The notes: a model not told the origin generated them from the letters alone. 64,000 nt of DNA from Heteronotia binoei (GCF_032191835.1 NC_083224.1:96348001-96412000), one strand, 5' to 3'; counted from the stretch's first letter, positions 36,165-46,066 are shown. Numbers and translations: made by a program.

Positions 36165-39100
36165 TCAACCAGAGATGGCAGATTGAAGAACCGCAGTCCC
36201 CAACCGAGTCCTCTGCTGGGCATGCACGTCCAGTGCGTAGTGCTTCATGAAAGCGTGCGGAGAGGACCAGGTGGCAGCTTTGCAGACGTCAGCGAGGGGC
36301 ACGCCTCTCAGGAACGCCACCGATGTCGCCATCGCTCTTGTGGAGTGGCCACGCACGGGTCCCGGCAGTGGTCTCTTTGCTAGGAGGTAGCAGAGCTTTA
36401 TGGTCTCCGTCAGCCACCTGGAGAATCTCTGGGAGGAGATCTTATTACCCAGCTTGGGCGTAGCGTATGAGACGAATAACTGCTGGTCCCTGCGGAAAGC
36501 TTTGGAACGCTTTAAGTAGAAGAGCAAGGCACGCCTGACGTCTAAGGAATGGAGCCTCCGCTCCTCGTCCGAGGAGGGATTAGGGAAAAAGGCTGGCAGC
36601 CATACCTCCAGATTGAGGTGAAATTGGGAGGGCACCTTAGGGAGGAAGTTCACATCCGGGGCCAGGGAGACTCCTGACTCTCTAAAGGCTATGTAAGGGA
36701 AGTCACAGCGCATCGCTGTGAGCTCCCCCACACGGCGGGCAGAGGTGATGGCCACCAGGAAGGCGGTTTTCCAGGATAGGAGCTGTAGGGGGCATGTGGC
36801 CATAGGCTCAAAGGGTCGTCTGGTTAGCCTGTCTAGCACCAGGGTCAGGTCCCACATCGGAGTGGGGGGCTTGGAGGGTGGATGTAACCTAAACAGTCCT
36901 TTCAAAAACTTTTTGGACTGGGGGTGGGCGAAAACTGAATATCCGCCCACAGGTTCGTGAAAAGCGGATACGGCTGCCAGGTAGACCTTAATGGAAGAGA
37001 AGGTCAGGCCTGCATCGACTAGGGAGAGCAAAAAGTCAAAGATCGCAGGCAGGCCTACCTCCCTTGGTGCGCCTGGCCGGCCAGCTACAAAGACAGAGAA
37101 TCTGTTCCACTTTCTGGCATAGGATGCTCTTGTGGAGGGTTTCCTGCTGTTTATCAGGACCTCCTGGACCCTGCCGGAGAACTCTAGGGGTCTATGAGCC
37201 ACGCCGTCAGTTTGAGGTGCGGCACATTGTGGTGTAGCACCAGGCCTCCCTGGGATGACAGGAGGTCTGGTTCCGCTGGGAAGTGGTAGAATTTCCCTCC
37301 CGAGAGGTGCATTAGGGAGGAGAACCAGTTCTGTCGCGGCCACCAGGGGGTTACCAGGATGCCGCGTGGCTTCTCCGCTGCTAACTTGCTGATTACCCTC
37401 GTCAGCAGTGGGAGGGGCGGGAACAGGTAGAGGAAAAGGCCCTCCCATGAGATGAGGAGCCCGTCCCCCTGGGATGTGGGGTCGGCACCCCCTCTGGAGC
37501 AAAACATGGGGCACTTCTTGTTGTCCGCCGTGGCAAAGGCATCCAGCTGTGGGTAGCCCCAGAGCTGGAATACTGGTTGGAGGAAGCGCCACTGAAGTTC
37601 CCACTCGTGTGGTGATGCCCCCCCTCTGCTTAGGGAGTCCGCCTGCGTGTTGAGGACCCCTGGAAGGTGGGCAGCTTTCACGAAGATGTCGTGCTGGATA
37701 CATTCCGTCCATAGGGTCATGGCTAGTGCACAGAGGCGATGGGATACCGTTCCGCCCTGCCTGTTGATGTATGCCAGGGCGGTGGTGTTGTCCGTGAGCA
37801 ATGCCACCGTCTTCCCCAGCAGCTTCGGGCGGAAGGACCGTAGGGCAAAGTGGATGGCTAGCAGCTCTAGGTAGTTTATATGGTATGCTGCCAACTTGGG
37901 AGGCCACTGGCCCCCCACCGAAAGCCCTTCCATGTGGGCGCCCCAACCCCACAGGGAGGCATCTGTGGTAATGGTAACCGCAGGAGGCGGGAGGTGGAAG
38001 GGTGCTCCCTGGCAGATATTGACCGTCGAGCTCCACCAGCGGAGCGATTGGAGCGTCAAAGGGGGAATCGTGAACCTCTTTCGAGGTGAGTCCTTGTTTG
38101 GGCGGAACTGACGGAGGAACCATAGCTGCAGGTTTCGCATCCTCAGTTTCGCATGGAGAAGCACGCTTGTCGTTGCTGCCATAAGTCCCAGCATCTGCTG
38201 AAGCTGTTTCGCAGTGCCCCAGCCTTGGTTTTGGAGCAGCTGCACTGTGTCGGTGATGTCCTCTGCCCTCTGGGCGGGGAGGAACGCCCTGTGTAGGTTT
38301 GTGTCCAGAACTGCCCCTATGAACTGCACCGTCCTTGACGGGGCGAGTTTGGATTTCTCTAGGTTGACCTGCAGGCCCAGGGCATCTAGGAGGCGTAGTG
38401 TGGTTGTGATGTGGGCAGACAGGCTTTCCCTTGAGTCGGCTACCAGGAGCCAGTCGTCTATGTATGGGAAGACTATCACGCCCCGTAGCCGCAGGTGAGC
38501 GGCCACTACGCTCATCATCTTTGTGAACACCCTGGGTGCTGTGGAAAGTCCGAATGGTAAGGCCGTGAACTGGAAGTGTTGTGGGCCTATCGCGAACCTG
38601 AGAAACCTTCTGAATTCTGGGTGGATGCTGATGTGGAAATAGGCATCCTTGAGGTCTAGGGTAGCCATCCAGTCCCCCTGGTTGATGAGGGGCAGGATGG
38701 ATTGCAGTGTGGACATCCTGAATTTTTGGTAGAGGATGAATTTGTTCAGACTCCGGAGATCCAATATGGGTCTCAGACCTCCGTCCCTCTTTGGTACTAG
38801 GAAGTAGCGGGAATAGAAACCGCCGGTTCTCTCTTCTGCTGGAACTTTCTCTACGGCTTGTTTCTGGAGGAGGGAGGCCACCTCTGCCAGCAGAGGCGGG
38901 GAGGGGGGTGGTGGTGATTACCACCGATTGGGTTGGAATCTGAGCAAAGTCTATTTTGTAGCCCTCCTTGATTATGGAAAGAGCCCACCTGTCTGAGGAG
39001 ACCCGCTCCCAGGCAGGCAGGAAGGGGCGGAGGCGGATAGTTGGGTGGGCAGTGGCAACGAAGCGTGGTACAGAAAAGTCAAAGGCCCTGCTTGGTGGGG

Positions 39101-39254
39101 CGTGCGCCCTTCGACTTGGCGGAAGACTGGGAGTTGTAACGACCCCTGCTGTTTCCCGAGTACGCCTGCTTGTCGGGCTGCGGGGGACGTGGTCGCCAAG
39201 TGTTGGTCCGAGGGTGGCTTTTGGGGGGGTTTTCTGGACCAGGACCTGCTCCAT
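36165..39254 (-). CDS. DIRS tyrosine recombinase ORF; YR in the C-terminal ~340 aa, N-terminal part chimeric because of an inferred frameshift
   Basis: TSARRVGEL (R), HSLDVRRAL, GHSTR (HxxR), WSSPHAFMKHY (W...Y) catalytic boxes. Confidence 0.88.
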   Translation of the reverse strand: MEQVLVQKTPPKATLGPTLGDHVPRSPTSRRTRETAGVVTTPSLPPSRRAHAPPSRAFDFSVPRFVATAHPTIRLRPFLPAWERVSSDRWALSIIKEGYKIDFAQIPTQSVVITTTPLPASAGRGGLPPPETSRRESSSRRENRRFLFPLLPSTKEGRRSETHIGSPESEQIHPLPKIQDVHTAIHPAPHQPGGLDGYPRPQGCLFPHQHPPRIQKVSQVRDRPTTLPVHGLTIRTFHSTQGVHKDDERSGRSPAATGRDSLPIHRRLAPGSRLKGKPVCPHHNHTTPPRCPGPAGQPREIQTRPVKDGAVHRGSSGHKPTQGVPPRPEGRGHHRHSAAAPKPRLGHCETASADAGTYGSNDKRASPCETEDAKPAAMVPPSVPPKQGLTSKEVHDSPFDAPIAPLVELDGQYLPGSTLPPPASCGYHYHRCLPVGLGRPHGRAFGGGPVASQVGSIPYKLPRAASHPLCPTVLPPEAAGEDGGIAHGQHHRPGIHQQAGRNGIPSPLCTSHDPMDGMYPARHLRESCPPSRGPQHAGGLPKQRGGITTRVGTSVALPPTSIPALGLPTAGCLCHGGQQEVPHVLLQRGCRPHIPGGRAPHLMGGPFPLPVPAPPTADEGNQQVSSGEATRHPGNPLVAATELVLLPNAPLGREILPLPSGTRPPVIPGRPGATPQCAAPQTDGVAHRPLEFSGRVQEVLINSRKPSTRASYARKWNRFSVFVAGRPGAPREVGLPAIFDFLLSLVDAGLTFSSIKVYLAAVSAFHEPVGGYSVFAHPQSKKFLKGLFRLHPPSKPPTPMWDLTLVLDRLTRRPFEPMATCPLQLLSWKTAFLVAITSARRVGELTAMRCDFPYIAFRESGVSLAPDVNFLPKVPSQFHLNLEVWLPAFFPNPSSDEERRLHSLDVRRALLFYLKRSKAFRRDQQLFVSYATPKLGNKISSQRFSRWLTETIKLCYLLAKRPLPGPVRGHSTRAMATSVAFLRGVPLADVCKAATWSSPHAFMKHYALDVHAQQRTRLGTAVLQSAISG
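37184..38881 (-). CDS. DIRS pol: reverse transcriptase, RNase H and Dam-like methyltransferase; true N-terminus upstream of a frameshift at 38903-38908
   Basis: LDLKDAYFHI, LPFGLSTAP, YIDD; RNase H TDAS...NYLEL...TDN; MT-like LDAFAT...YLFPP. Confidence 0.93.
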   Translation of the reverse strand: MASLLQKQAVEKVPAEERTGGFYSRYFLVPKRDGGLRPILDLRSLNKFILYQKFRMSTLQSILPLINQGDWMATLDLKDAYFHISIHPEFRRFLRFAIGPQHFQFTALPFGLSTAPRVFTKMMSVVAAHLRLRGVIVFPYIDDWLLVADSRESLSAHITTTLRLLDALGLQVNLEKSKLAPSRTVQFIGAVLDTNLHRAFLPAQRAEDITDTVQLLQNQGWGTAKQLQQMLGLMAATTSVLLHAKLRMRNLQLWFLRQFRPNKDSPRKRFTIPPLTLQSLRWWSSTVNICQGAPFHLPPPAVTITTDASLWGWGAHMEGLSVGGQWPPKLAAYHINYLELLAIHFALRSFRPKLLGKTVALLTDNTTALAYINRQGGTVSHRLCALAMTLWTECIQHDIFVKAAHLPGVLNTQADSLSRGGASPHEWELQWRFLQPVFQLWGYPQLDAFATADNKKCPMFCSRGGADPTSQGDGLLISWEGLFLYLFPPLPLLTRVISKLAAEKPRGILVTPWWPRQNWFSSLMHLSGGKFYHFPAEPDLLSSQGGLVLHHNVPHLKLTAWLIDP

Positions 39255-41275
39255 TGCCTCGGTCTGGATTGCCTGGGCGATGGCTGCACCCTGAGGCTCC
39301 TGGAGATCTTAAGGTTCTTGTCCAGCTCCTGTAATGCATTGTCAGTGGTGGAGCTGAAAAGCCCTTCCCCGTCGAAGGGTAGGTCCTCTATGAGAGCCCT
39401 GGTGTCGTGCTGTAGGGCAGTGGACCTCAGCCAGGAGTGTCGGCGAAGGGAAACCGCTGACATGATAGCCGAGGCGGAGACGTCAACTAGGTGCTTGGCG
39501 GCTGTTAGTTGCTGCTTCGCAACCCTCTGGCCTTCGTGCAGGAGATTCTTGGTGGCCGTTCTTTGGTCCTCGGGTAAGGAGGACAATAGAGGGGAAAGCT
39601 GATCTAGGATGGCGTACTGATATCTGGCCATGCAGGCCGTATAGTTGGAGACTTTTGCACCCAGAGACCCTGCCGAGTAGATTTTTCTACCCATGGCATC
39701 TAGTTTCTTCCCTTCTTTATCCGGGGGAGCGGAGTGCACCCTGCGCGACCTCGAAGAAGACGAGACAATGGCTGAGTTTGGTTTTGGGTGTGAAAATAAG
39801 AACTCAGCCCCCGTCTCTTGGATCTTGTACATGTGATCCAGCTTCCTCGAGGACACCGGTGCCGAGGATGGTTTCCTCCATGGGTCCTTTAACACCTGCA
39901 GCATGACTCTGGTCATGGGAAGTGCAATGGCCGCTGATGTGTCCCTCTGGACGATGTCAAACACGCTGTCGTCCACCACCGGTTGGGGTTGTGAGATGGG
40001 TAGGGAGATTGCAGACACCATTCTCTTAACCATGTCTGCGTAGGCCCGCAGGTCTTCGGAGGGCGACACTGGGAGGTCCTCAGATGTATTAGGGTCCGGT
40101 GATGGCTCCCAGGTTCTGTCGTCGTCGGGCTCCGACCCCGATGGAGAGGACTGTCTGTGGTCCGATCGCTCGGATGGGTGCGGTGACGGCTCCCTCGGTG
40201 GCGACTGGACCGGCGTCGGTGGAGGTGCAGCCGGCGTGGGGCGGCATGGCAGGATCGAGGCCGATGCTGGAGGTCTCTTCGAGCGGTGTGACACCCTGGA
40301 GAGCGAAGATGCTTCGGACCGACAATCCCAATCCGGGTAGTCGGTCGGTTGGTGGTAGTGGTATTGAGTGCAGCAGGGATACGTCTGCTGCCATCTGTGC
40401 TGCTCCCAGGGTGGTATTGTTGGGGGCCGATGCAATTCGACCGATGGCTCCCGTCGTCTCGCGCGCTTGGGCGCCGCAGGCGTTGTTATGTCGGGCTGCT
40501 GCAGTGACTCGACGTCCGATGTCGAGTCGATGCTCCGTCGACGCGACGCCACGGAAGGTGATCGACGGGTTAGGTCGATCTCCAGATCCGGCGCTGGGGG
40601 CTGCGGTCGATGGCCGCTAGGCCCGGGGATCGGTGACTTGTGATGCCGGTGCGCGGGGGTCCGTGGTGTCGGAGGGCTGGTCGGCCGATGGCTCGGAGCC
40701 CCTGGCGTCGGAGTACTGTGCTGCCGGCCTGCGCCAACCCCTGGAGTTGGGGGGCTGCGGAGCGGAGAGGGGGGAACCCTTCTCGGCGGGTCGGTGTCGA
40801 TCGGTGCCGACACGTTGGGGGTAGGCAAAGGAGAGCGTGGTCGCTTCCGCTTCTCCTTGCTTTTCGCCTTTTTCGCGGACTCCTGTCCAGGTTCCTCCCT
40901 TCGCTTCTTCAGAGGTCTCTCGACCGGTCCTTCGAGGGGCCGCTTCGCCGGCTGTTGGTCGCGGTGAGCGTCGGCATCGACGGAGGTCCCATCGGTCGAT
41001 GGGGCCGTCTGAGCTGGGGCGGTCGCCATCTTCGGTACCGATGCCGAAGGGCCTTCCGTTGCTCTTAGGGGACGAAGTGCCGAGGCAGTGAGTGCGGCCG
41101 AGAGCCTTGCCGCCCTGTTCTTTCTGGTTTGGTTGGAGAAGCGGAGACAGTGTTGGCAGGTCTCCACGCGGTGTGCTTCTCCCAGGCAGAGGAGGCACAG
41201 GGAATGGCCGTCGGGCGGGGCGATCTTCTGCCCGCAGGCCTGGCACCTCTTAAAGAAGCCCCAGCGGCTGTCCAT
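38972..41275 (-). CDS. DIRS ORF1/gag-like protein; ancestral stop probably at 39079
   Basis: N-terminal CxxC...HxxCxxC...H...CxxC finger, Pro-rich middle, region resembling the DIRS-derived LAP2alpha domain (WLRST...IEDLPFDGEGLF). Confidence 0.85.
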   Translation of the reverse strand: MDSRWGFFKRCQACGQKIAPPDGHSLCLLCLGEAHRVETCQHCLRFSNQTRKNRAARLSAALTASALRPLRATEGPSASVPKMATAPAQTAPSTDGTSVDADAHRDQQPAKRPLEGPVERPLKKRREEPGQESAKKAKSKEKRKRPRSPLPTPNVSAPIDTDPPRRVPPSPLRSPPTPGVGAGRQHSTPTPGAPSHRPTSPPTPRTPAHRHHKSPIPGPSGHRPQPPAPDLEIDLTRRSPSVASRRRSIDSTSDVESLQQPDITTPAAPKRARRREPSVELHRPPTIPPWEQHRWQQTYPCCTQYHYHQPTDYPDWDCRSEASSLSRVSHRSKRPPASASILPCRPTPAAPPPTPVQSPPREPSPHPSERSDHRQSSPSGSEPDDDRTWEPSPDPNTSEDLPVSPSEDLRAYADMVKRMVSAISLPISQPQPVVDDSVFDIVQRDTSAAIALPMTRVMLQVLKDPWRKPSSAPVSSRKLDHMYKIQETGAEFLFSHPKPNSAIVSSSSRSRRVHSAPPDKEGKKLDAMGRKIYSAGSLGAKVSNYTACMARYQYAILDQLSPLLSSLPEDQRTATKNLLHEGQRVAKQQLTAAKHLVDVSASAIMSAVSLRRHSWLRSTALQHDTRALIEDLPFDGEGLFSSTTDNALQELDKNLKISRSLRVQPSPRQSRPRQWSRSWSRKPPQKPPSDQHLATTSPAARQAGVLGKQQGSLQLPVFRQVEGRTPHQAGPLTFLYHASLPLPTQLSASAPSCLPGSGSPQTGGLFP

Positions 41276-41563
41276 AGACAGCGGTCGCTAGGAGGGTCCT
41301 CTCAGAGTCCTCTGAGAGGAGAAAAACAACTAAGGGCGGAAAATGGCGGGGGAAGTCCCGGAGGGAGACCCACCGCGGCACGCACCCAAAACAAACAACA
41401 GCAACTTTTTTTTTTTTTTTTTTTTACTAACTAACTGGACTACTAGAACTAACTGCTACACTACGAAAAACAATAAACAGGCTAATAATACAGAGGCTAA
41501 GGGAAAAAAGGGTTAAAACCCGAAGCTCACCGACCGGGAATACGAGGAACGCAGCTCTTCGCG

Positions 41564-41750
41564 CAGCGGTCAGAAAGGAACTGGTGGGATTGCCGCCGTG
41601 GCGCCGTTGGGCGTGCGCAGTGGGTCGCCTGCGCATGCCCAGTTGGCGCCCGCCGCGGAAATTTTCCCGGGCTTTCTTACAGATACCGATCGGGGACCAG
41701 CTCAGGCGCAGTATCCCACAAGTGTGATGCACAGAGACCACGAAGAAGAT
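41564..41750. repeat. DIRS 5' (left) ITR including the terminal segment complementary to the ICR
   Basis: Complementary to 35821-35982 and to 36090-36126. Confidence 0.95.
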
Positions 41751-41889
41751 CTGAATAATATCAGCTTTTTCGGGTGTGCCGATTTTGGCAGCTGAATCAG
41801 GTTTTCTAATTTGTATTCAGTTGAATAAATACCTGAAAAATAGTGATAAAGTATTTTTGTTTTTATTTGGCTCAGTATACACTGAGAGC

Positions 41890-42090
41890 GCGTCCTAGTG
41901 CAGTGTCAAATTAGGATGTGGGAGAGTCAGGTCTGAATCCCTACTCTGCCATGGAAGCTTGCTTGGTGACCTTGGGTCAGTCACACACTCTCAGCCCAAC
42001 CTTTCTTAACAGCACTGTGTGGTTAAAATGAAGGACTTTCATTTTAGTCACTTTCAGTTCCAACTGGGAAAAAAGGCAGAGTACAAACAA
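41890..42090 (+). mobile_element. Degenerate MIR/Squam3-like SINE
   Basis: GAATCCCTACTCTGCCATGGAAGCTT...GACCTTGGGTCAGTCACAC core. Confidence 0.6.
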
Positions 42091-45000
42091 ACAAGCCGTG
42101 TAAGGTAGGCTAAGATGAGAGAGAATGGTTTCTTCAACACCTTGCTAAACTTGCACCCTCCACATCTAAACCCAGCAATTCCTGCCAATATACCACATGG
42201 GTTCTCATAAGCTTTGTTCTTAAACAAAAGTAATCATGGCTGTGCCATCCCACTTGAAGCAGTGTATCCCAAAGGCTAAGGTCTCCTGTATGAATATTGT
42301 AGGAAAGGCTAGGAGATTCTGATCCTCACTTTCCTACCATAATCCAACAATAAAACCTTTAATGAGCCAGTCTTCCTATTAGATTATTTGAATTCATGTC
42401 AACAAACAACACATTTTGGACTGAATGCAATAGTAGCAACACAGAAAAAAGTCATTGAGAAGGAAATATTTTGCCAAGAGGGAGGGCCTGTTTTAAGAAT
42501 TTCAGTTCTCACACTGTGTAATGTTTTAATGATGGTGAATTACTTGCAGCTTCTTTGTATTATATGAACTTGTTCTATGATTAATATTGCTTTGCTTTTG
42601 TATCCTATTGTTATGGTCTATTGACAAGAACAACTACAAAAAGATTAAGAAAAAAACAAACCCACCATAGAGAGAAACCCATGGGGCCCCAAAATAAACT
42701 TCTACCTGCATGCCATTGAAGCATATCTCCAAGCTGTGATGACTCTGTTAATAGCATTTATCAAGAACTTATCCAGATATACTTGGTTGGTGCAGCAAAA
42801 CAGACTGAAGAGGGGGAGGGAGGAGAGAATCATATGCACTTGACTGGCTCAGTAAAGAAGATGCTTGTCTATGTTCCCAGCAAAAGAAATGGGATACACA
42901 CACTAATGCACACACACTGATGTCCTCGACTCAGCGATGGTCAACTCATCTTGAAAAGACATTTTCTTCAGGGAGGAATTAACATTTACAAATGAGACCT
43001 ATTAGAGTAAATAAAAGCGATAGTCATTCGACTCAAGAGGCGATAGAGACTACGATTAAGAAGATGTCTTTTGAGGGGGGAGGAAGTGGCCTTTGGCATT
43101 GGTGTGGGGGTAGCTGGCTTGGCTGGGACACAGCAACAGTGCACAATAGTCCAAAGCATAGCGATAGTAGCATTTGCAATGCACGTTTGGGATGGTCTTA
43201 TGTCCATGAAAAATACTAATACCAACTGCAAGTGGCCATGGGAATCAGGCCATGAGTTCACCAAATGAAAACTTAGAACATTGTACTTCCCTTGTATACC
43301 AAAATCTAAATAATAAAGTTGATTATTGGATTTAGGGGAACAAGGATCTGACCCAGAATGCTATCCTGACGTCATATCAGTGTTGGATGCTGAAAAGATG
43401 GGGGAAAGCCAGAATCCAATATTTATTTTATTTTATCATATTTATATCCCACTCTCCCCAAACAGGCTCAGCTAGAAATGAAAGGAAAATAAAACAAACA
43501 AGGATCAACACAGCAACCTCCCAGCTGCCACTACCAACAGCACCACCATCTTAGGAAATGCCTCTGAAGTGCTTTGAAAACCCAAGCAGATTTCCCCCTC
43601 TAAAGATCCTAAGCAGGAGGAACCTGCCATAAATTTGATCACCAGCAACTCATTTCTTAATCCCAATACCAAGACAAAGGTCTGATTCACATGTCAAAAT
43701 AGCAGTGTGGCAGTTAGTGGAAAGAAAACACGCAAAATGCCTTCACTGACATTCTGACATTCATGCAATTGCAACACTAGGTTGCTATGTGAAACAGCCA
43801 TCGTTCCAATCAACCATTATGCCAATGTTGCATGTATGAACTTTGCCTTTGAAAGATTCCTACCTGGACTGCTCGTCATCATTAAAGCAACCAATTTTGG
43901 CTTAAATCTACAACCTTGAGTACACAAGCAGATTGGAATGGAAACTTCAGTCTTTAAGAATACTTAAAATATATGGGCCTGGAAATAGTTAAAACACAAA
44001 CAGGAACAGGGTAAAATCAGCTTTAATAATAGTAACAACTCATTCTCATAGTTTTTATCCTTCCTGTCTTTGGCCTAAAAAAAAAAAAATTTTTTTTTTT
44101 AAAACCCTCAGCTAAACTACTGACACTGGCTGGGAGCTTAGAACTCCCAAATCAAACAAGGCCCTTGATTCTCCAGCACATAATTGTGCTGCCCTTTCAC
44201 CCCCACCTTCAATCAGTGCCGTTTAACTATCTCGTTTAGCCTACAGGACCCACCCCTCTGCTAACTAGCAGCCATATTCTTCTCATTAGGACAGAGGCTG
44301 CTCTTGCTTTACAGACAAGTAGAGACAAATCCGTAATGTCTCTCTCAATGCAGTTATATATAGAAGGGGGGGGTGAAATCAAGACAATTCCGGGCTCCTG
44401 CAGAACTGGCCGACTAGCAGCTCCCTAGATCTGAAGCATTTACCAGAGAATTACTGCATTTACCTTGCTCTTACGCAAGTAAATAAACAAATTCACTGGC
44501 CACAGGATATGATTACACAAAATGACTGTCCTTACTTTAGGATTCAGTGTTCCCAAGGTAAAAAGAATCTAAGACACCTCAGAAGACCACCAGGCATCCT
44601 TTGTTCATCAGAAGTACATTTCTCTAGAATAAGAAATTCATTCAAGAGCAAACTGTATACTGAAGCTAGCTGGATTAGAAACATCAAAGTGATTATGCAT
44701 TTGTGGACTCGTTCTGTGCACAAAATATTCACTTTCAATCTCCTCAGCACCTGGACTCACATAAACCACTTATGTATGCACGTGCCCTATCTCCAATTCT
44801 TCTATGGTCTAACCCATGTACCATTATGAGCACCAAGTTCCCATATAATCTATATACAAGGGGAAAGCCTTGAATTAGACACCCGGACCCTCAAGAAGAT
44901 ATAGCATGGTATGTCAAGGACAGCTCCTGATTCCCTATAGAGAATGCTTTGTCTCTCCATGTCAAAGACACACAACTTGCAAACTGCTCTGAGCATGACA

Positions 45001-45094
45001 CATACCCTAATTAGAAATGTGCTCGCTAAGAGGTAGTTAATGCTTTCACATCTACTGGTTCTCACTTTACCTTCAAACTCAGAGCTAATAGTTG

Positions 45095-45295
45095 TTGGTG
45101 GAAAGTGCTGTCAAATCACAACTAATGTAGCTTTCAAGGCAAGAGATGTTCAGAGGTGGTTTGCCATCGCCTGACTCCATGTCATGACCCTGGTTTTCCT
45201 TGTAGGTCTCCGATCTATTTACCAGCCAGGGCTGACCTTGCTTAGCTTCTGAGATCTCATGAGATCAAGCTAGCATGGGCTATCTAGGTCAGGTC
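45095..45295 (-). mobile_element. 5S rRNA-derived SINE
   Basis: CAGGGCTGACCTTGCTTAGCTTCTGAGATC is the reverse complement of a 5S-like head. Confidence 0.7.
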
Positions 45296-46066
45296 CCGAG
45301 AAAAAGTGTCTTAGTTAATGAGTTATGCTTTGGATTAGCAACTTTGCTGTAAACTGAGCTGTTTCCATGGGTGGAGGAACAACTGCATGACAAAGCCAAA
45401 CATGTTAGAACAGGCACCGACAGTATACAAACAGTGAATAGTGGCACAAAGTCACCCATTTCAGTCACAAATGAAAGCCTTAGTCCAATGTCTGTACTAA
45501 GCCAGAAAGCCTGCACAAACCATTGTGTAGGCCATCGGGCCACTGGGCACGGATTTACGCTCATCATACTAACATAATTCAATCATATTTCACAATTTGC
45601 AGGTGATTGTATAGTCTGCTTCCCTTGGAAAGTATTATGTGGGAAGTAATGTGAAATTACAAAAGGTGATTTTGTCTTTGCTGTTTGATCTTTGACAGTT
45701 GTTTCACACATCCAAATTGTTGCCTGATAATTCATTTAATGTGAACATACTTGTGAGAACTCACTCACAGTGGACATATGAAACAACAAATTTTCACTCA
45801 AAGTGATAACCAAGACCTTTGACCACTGTCACTCAGCATTACCCAACTGAACTTTAAGAGTATCAATGGTTATTTCACAAGATGTCTACTGATCTTCAAA
45901 AGCCTGCTGCAAATCTAAACATGAAAAATACAGAATATAATATAATTGTCTCCAGTCAGAATATTGCTTCTCTGAGTATCCTGTATTGGATGGACACTGG
46001 CAAAAAAAATAAGGCCTTCTGAAGGCAGGATATGAAGCTGGTTTATTAACTGTTGTTAGTCTTAAC

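Larger units (their letters stand above)
35768..41750 (-). mobile_element. DIRS1-type tyrosine-recombinase retrotransposon, full length (5.98 kb), near intact
   Basis: 162-bp ITRs with 5 mismatches, ICR joining both termini, gag + RT/RH/MT + YR ORFs, CpG-rich. Confidence 0.97.

Noticed and set aside
38968-41434. Plus-strand ORFs of 100-185 aa across the DIRS gag
   Set aside because: Expected antisense shadows of GC-rich coding sequence; no motifs
35768-41750. Prokaryotic or phage contamination (integrase plus Dam-like MTase, high GC)
   Set aside because: The ITR/ICR architecture and RT/RH motifs are diagnostic of eukaryotic DIRS, and the flanks are continuous reptile DNA
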